Source of the DNA: Nymphaea colorata
Lineage: Eukaryota
Assembly (NCBI RefSeq): GCF_008831285.2
Contig: NC_045138.2
Coordinates: 41,602,001-41,666,000, forward strand
Length of the DNA: 64,000 bases
Direction of reading: 5' to 3'
The notes under the pieces are model-generated. The model ran no database searches and was not told the DNA's origin. It was given only the letters and a program-made list of their open reading frames with translations. How positions within the stretch are numbered: the stretch's first letter is position 1; each line of letters opens with the position of its first letter. The translations under genes and the position numbers were made by a program. This document shows, in pieces, positions 62,301 through 64,000 of the stretch.

Positions 62301-63611
62301 TCCTTTTAAACGTTTTTTTCGAAAAAAAATGTTTTTTAACTTTTAAACAGAAATTTAATTTATCGCATTTTTTTTGCTTTTTTTTTTAAAAAAACACATT
62401 TTTTTGTGACACTGGAAAAAAATAAAGAAAAAGCAACGAGACAACCGTTAAGACTCAAAAATAGAAATAGCTCAAATAAGCACCTGTTTAGTTGTTGTTG
62501 TGCCTGTAAAGCTGAAACTTCATCATTGAAATCTACAAACGCACTGTTCCTCAACCTGTTATTGCAAAAGCTTTAGAAAATTACAGATCCTGCTTTTATC
62601 ATAAACAGTAGTTGAGGGAAAAAAATATTAAGAAACAAACGCCTGCAGACATCCATCAGTTATTGTATATTTCAATTAGCAGAAAATTACAGGAAAGAAA
62701 ACTCTATCATTCCAATTAAACTGTCACTGAGAAAAAACAGCATCTAGCAAAGTCCATGTTTCGGAAAAATAAAAACAAAAGCATTGAGATGGTGTCTATT
62801 GAGCTTCCCACTTTTCATTCAACTTCCAAATCATACAGTGAGTAAAATTTCTAACCATCAAATGTAACCAACGGTGAAATCTGAATTTTGAATATGGTGA
62901 ATTATACTTGATGCTGTACTGATAGCTTGTGATATCAAATAAATCAGCAGATTCAGCACGAATATGCCATGACTGTACATATAAGGAAATAAGAAAAACA
63001 TGTTAAACTAATAAAACATGTTTGATAAACTAAATAGCTTTTAAGAATGAATGTAGCCTTAGTAAATCCAGATATTTTATATGTTTAAAGTTTTAAACAC
63101 CTTATTTCTAACACAATGATGAACAGTAATGCAAGTTATCAGCATTTCACAACCATATTGGAGAAGATTAGTCTACAAATTGTTTGGTCATGTAGTTTCT
63201 AGACTTCTACTTCTATCCAACATGAGAAATAAGGAAGATATTATGTTATTCCTTAATTCATCATGCTGTTAAGTGTTAATATGAGACAAAGAAAAAAAAT
63301 GTAAAGCATAGCAACAACAAGAAAGAACTAAATTAACCAACAGATAAATGGAACTAAAATTCTGAAAGACTGAAAGAACTTAAAATGAACTTGCAGCTAA
63401 CCAGTCATTGGATCCAGATTACCAAACAAATCTTGTGAACAAACACCAAAAAAATTTCTGTAATGATGGGGTAAAGAGACAGCACATACTTCCCACCAGC
63501 ACAAGGCCGCAGCCCGCAAGCACCATAGTGAGAGAAGAGGCGGAAGAGTGTCTCCTGGGGTATAGCTTCTGGGAGATGGCGCACTATAAGTGTCACCTTT
63601 CGTCTCTCCAT
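53395..63611 (-). CDS. RNPC3: U11/U12 snRNP 65 kDa protein (two RRMs, Pro-rich linker); 11 coding exons, ~451 aa
   Basis: Exons 63611-63490, 62555-62484, 61106-60870, 60618-60537, 60443-60261, 60144-59953, 59871-59701, 59604-59517, 59252-59194, 58613-58548 and 53478-53395 (1356 nt). Motifs TLIVRHLP, PPHLEYAYPPP, FYTQVLHLMNKMNLP, VLYIKNLAK, EGRMRGQAFVTFP, HGFLFKGKPIIIQFG. The promoter probably lies beyond the window. Confidence 0.94.
55416..56227. mobile_element. Non-autonomous hAT element (812 bp) carrying a PPR-gene fragment (Pack-hAT)
   Basis: Perfect 8-bp TSD tgcatatg (55408-55415, 56228-56235); TIRs tagggctgcaca / tgtgcagcccta; CTCGAG-rich subtermini; internal PPR-like ORF. Confidence 0.9.
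55582..55745 (+). pseudogene. Captured fragment of a PLS-class pentatricopeptide repeat gene
   Basis: MQMLRDGCCFDNFSFPFALKARAFIFAASEGSQLHAQILKAGFGDDVFVNNNVI fits the L/S-motif pattern MxxxGxxPDxFTFPFxLKACxxxxxxxEGxQxHAxIxKxGFxxDVFVxNALI. Confidence 0.8.
56329..57339. mobile_element. Non-autonomous hAT element (1011 bp)
   Basis: Perfect 8-bp TSD gttgggct (56321-56328, 57340-57347); TIRs ctatgtaacacgggtac / gtacccatgtgacatag; GTACC-rich subtermini; no transposase ORF. Confidence 0.88.
58341..58425 (-). pseudogene. Degenerate tandem duplicate (pseudo-exon) of U11/U12-65K exon 10
   Basis: Gapless 37/48-nt match to the 3' part of exon 58613-58548; translates VFMAFPLLGISHQAL versus AFVTFPSIDLAQQAL. 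Confidence 0.75.
62034..62414. mobile_element. A-rich MITE-like insertion in intron 2 of U11/U12-65K
   Basis: Right end ttttttgtgacactg, eroded left end tagtcacaaataacg; TSD not resolvable in the poly-A. Confidence 0.4.
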
Positions 63612-64000
63612 CTTCAAAAGAGAGTTCAGTCCATGAAATGTGAGAGGAAATCTGCACAAGAAGGCAGAAAGTGAATTCACTTGTGAAACTGGAATTGAAA
63701 AAAAAATTACAGGTTTCAGTTTCCTTCTGTGTTTGATGGCATATAATTTTGATTCCAAAATTAAAAATAATGTAATTGGTGAACCCAGCATCAGAATTCT
63801 AGACATTAAAATAAAAAAATGTTACCGTTGGATTCCTGCAACCCAAAGTGCAACCTTCTACCTTGTTGAACACCAAAACTACTGGATACCGTTAATATTA
63901 ACATCCTCACAAACAAGCTAATGATTCTGCAGCTTCCTTATTCTCCTTCAGACAAATTAACGAAACCATGTTAGCTTAAAGACAAGGGGTAACTGATCAT

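Overview
Flowering-plant nuclear DNA: AT-rich, with spliceosomal introns, many (TA)n/(GA)n tracts and MITEs. I reconstructed eight protein genes by hand from splice sites and reading frames. Four are a head-to-tail array of apparently intact 8-exon clade-II serine carboxypeptidase-like (SCPL40-like) genes on the minus strand (1.9-24.6 kb), followed by a relic of a fifth copy. The other four are an intronless BPS1/DUF793-like gene, chloroplast NADPH-thioredoxin reductase C (NTRC, 10 exons), an RbgA/YlqF-family DAR GTPase 2-like gene (8 exons) and, convergent with it, the minor-spliceosome U11/U12-65K (RNPC3) gene (11 coding exons). The most unusual region is the 5-kb last intron of U11/U12-65K. 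It holds an hAT element with a perfect 8-bp TSD that has captured a PPR-gene fragment (Pack-hAT), a second TSD-bounded hAT element about 100 bp away, a degenerate tandem copy of the preceding RRM2 exon, and two duplicated stop-containing micro-exon candidates. Other points of note are mosaic relationships among the SCPL paralogues, two GC-AG introns, a U12-like intron candidate in NTRC, a pre-miRNA-like hairpin and orphan antisense exon-like segments. I could not establish a wholly new biological system from sequence alone; the findings are leads to test. Exon coordinates were read manually and may be off by a base or two.
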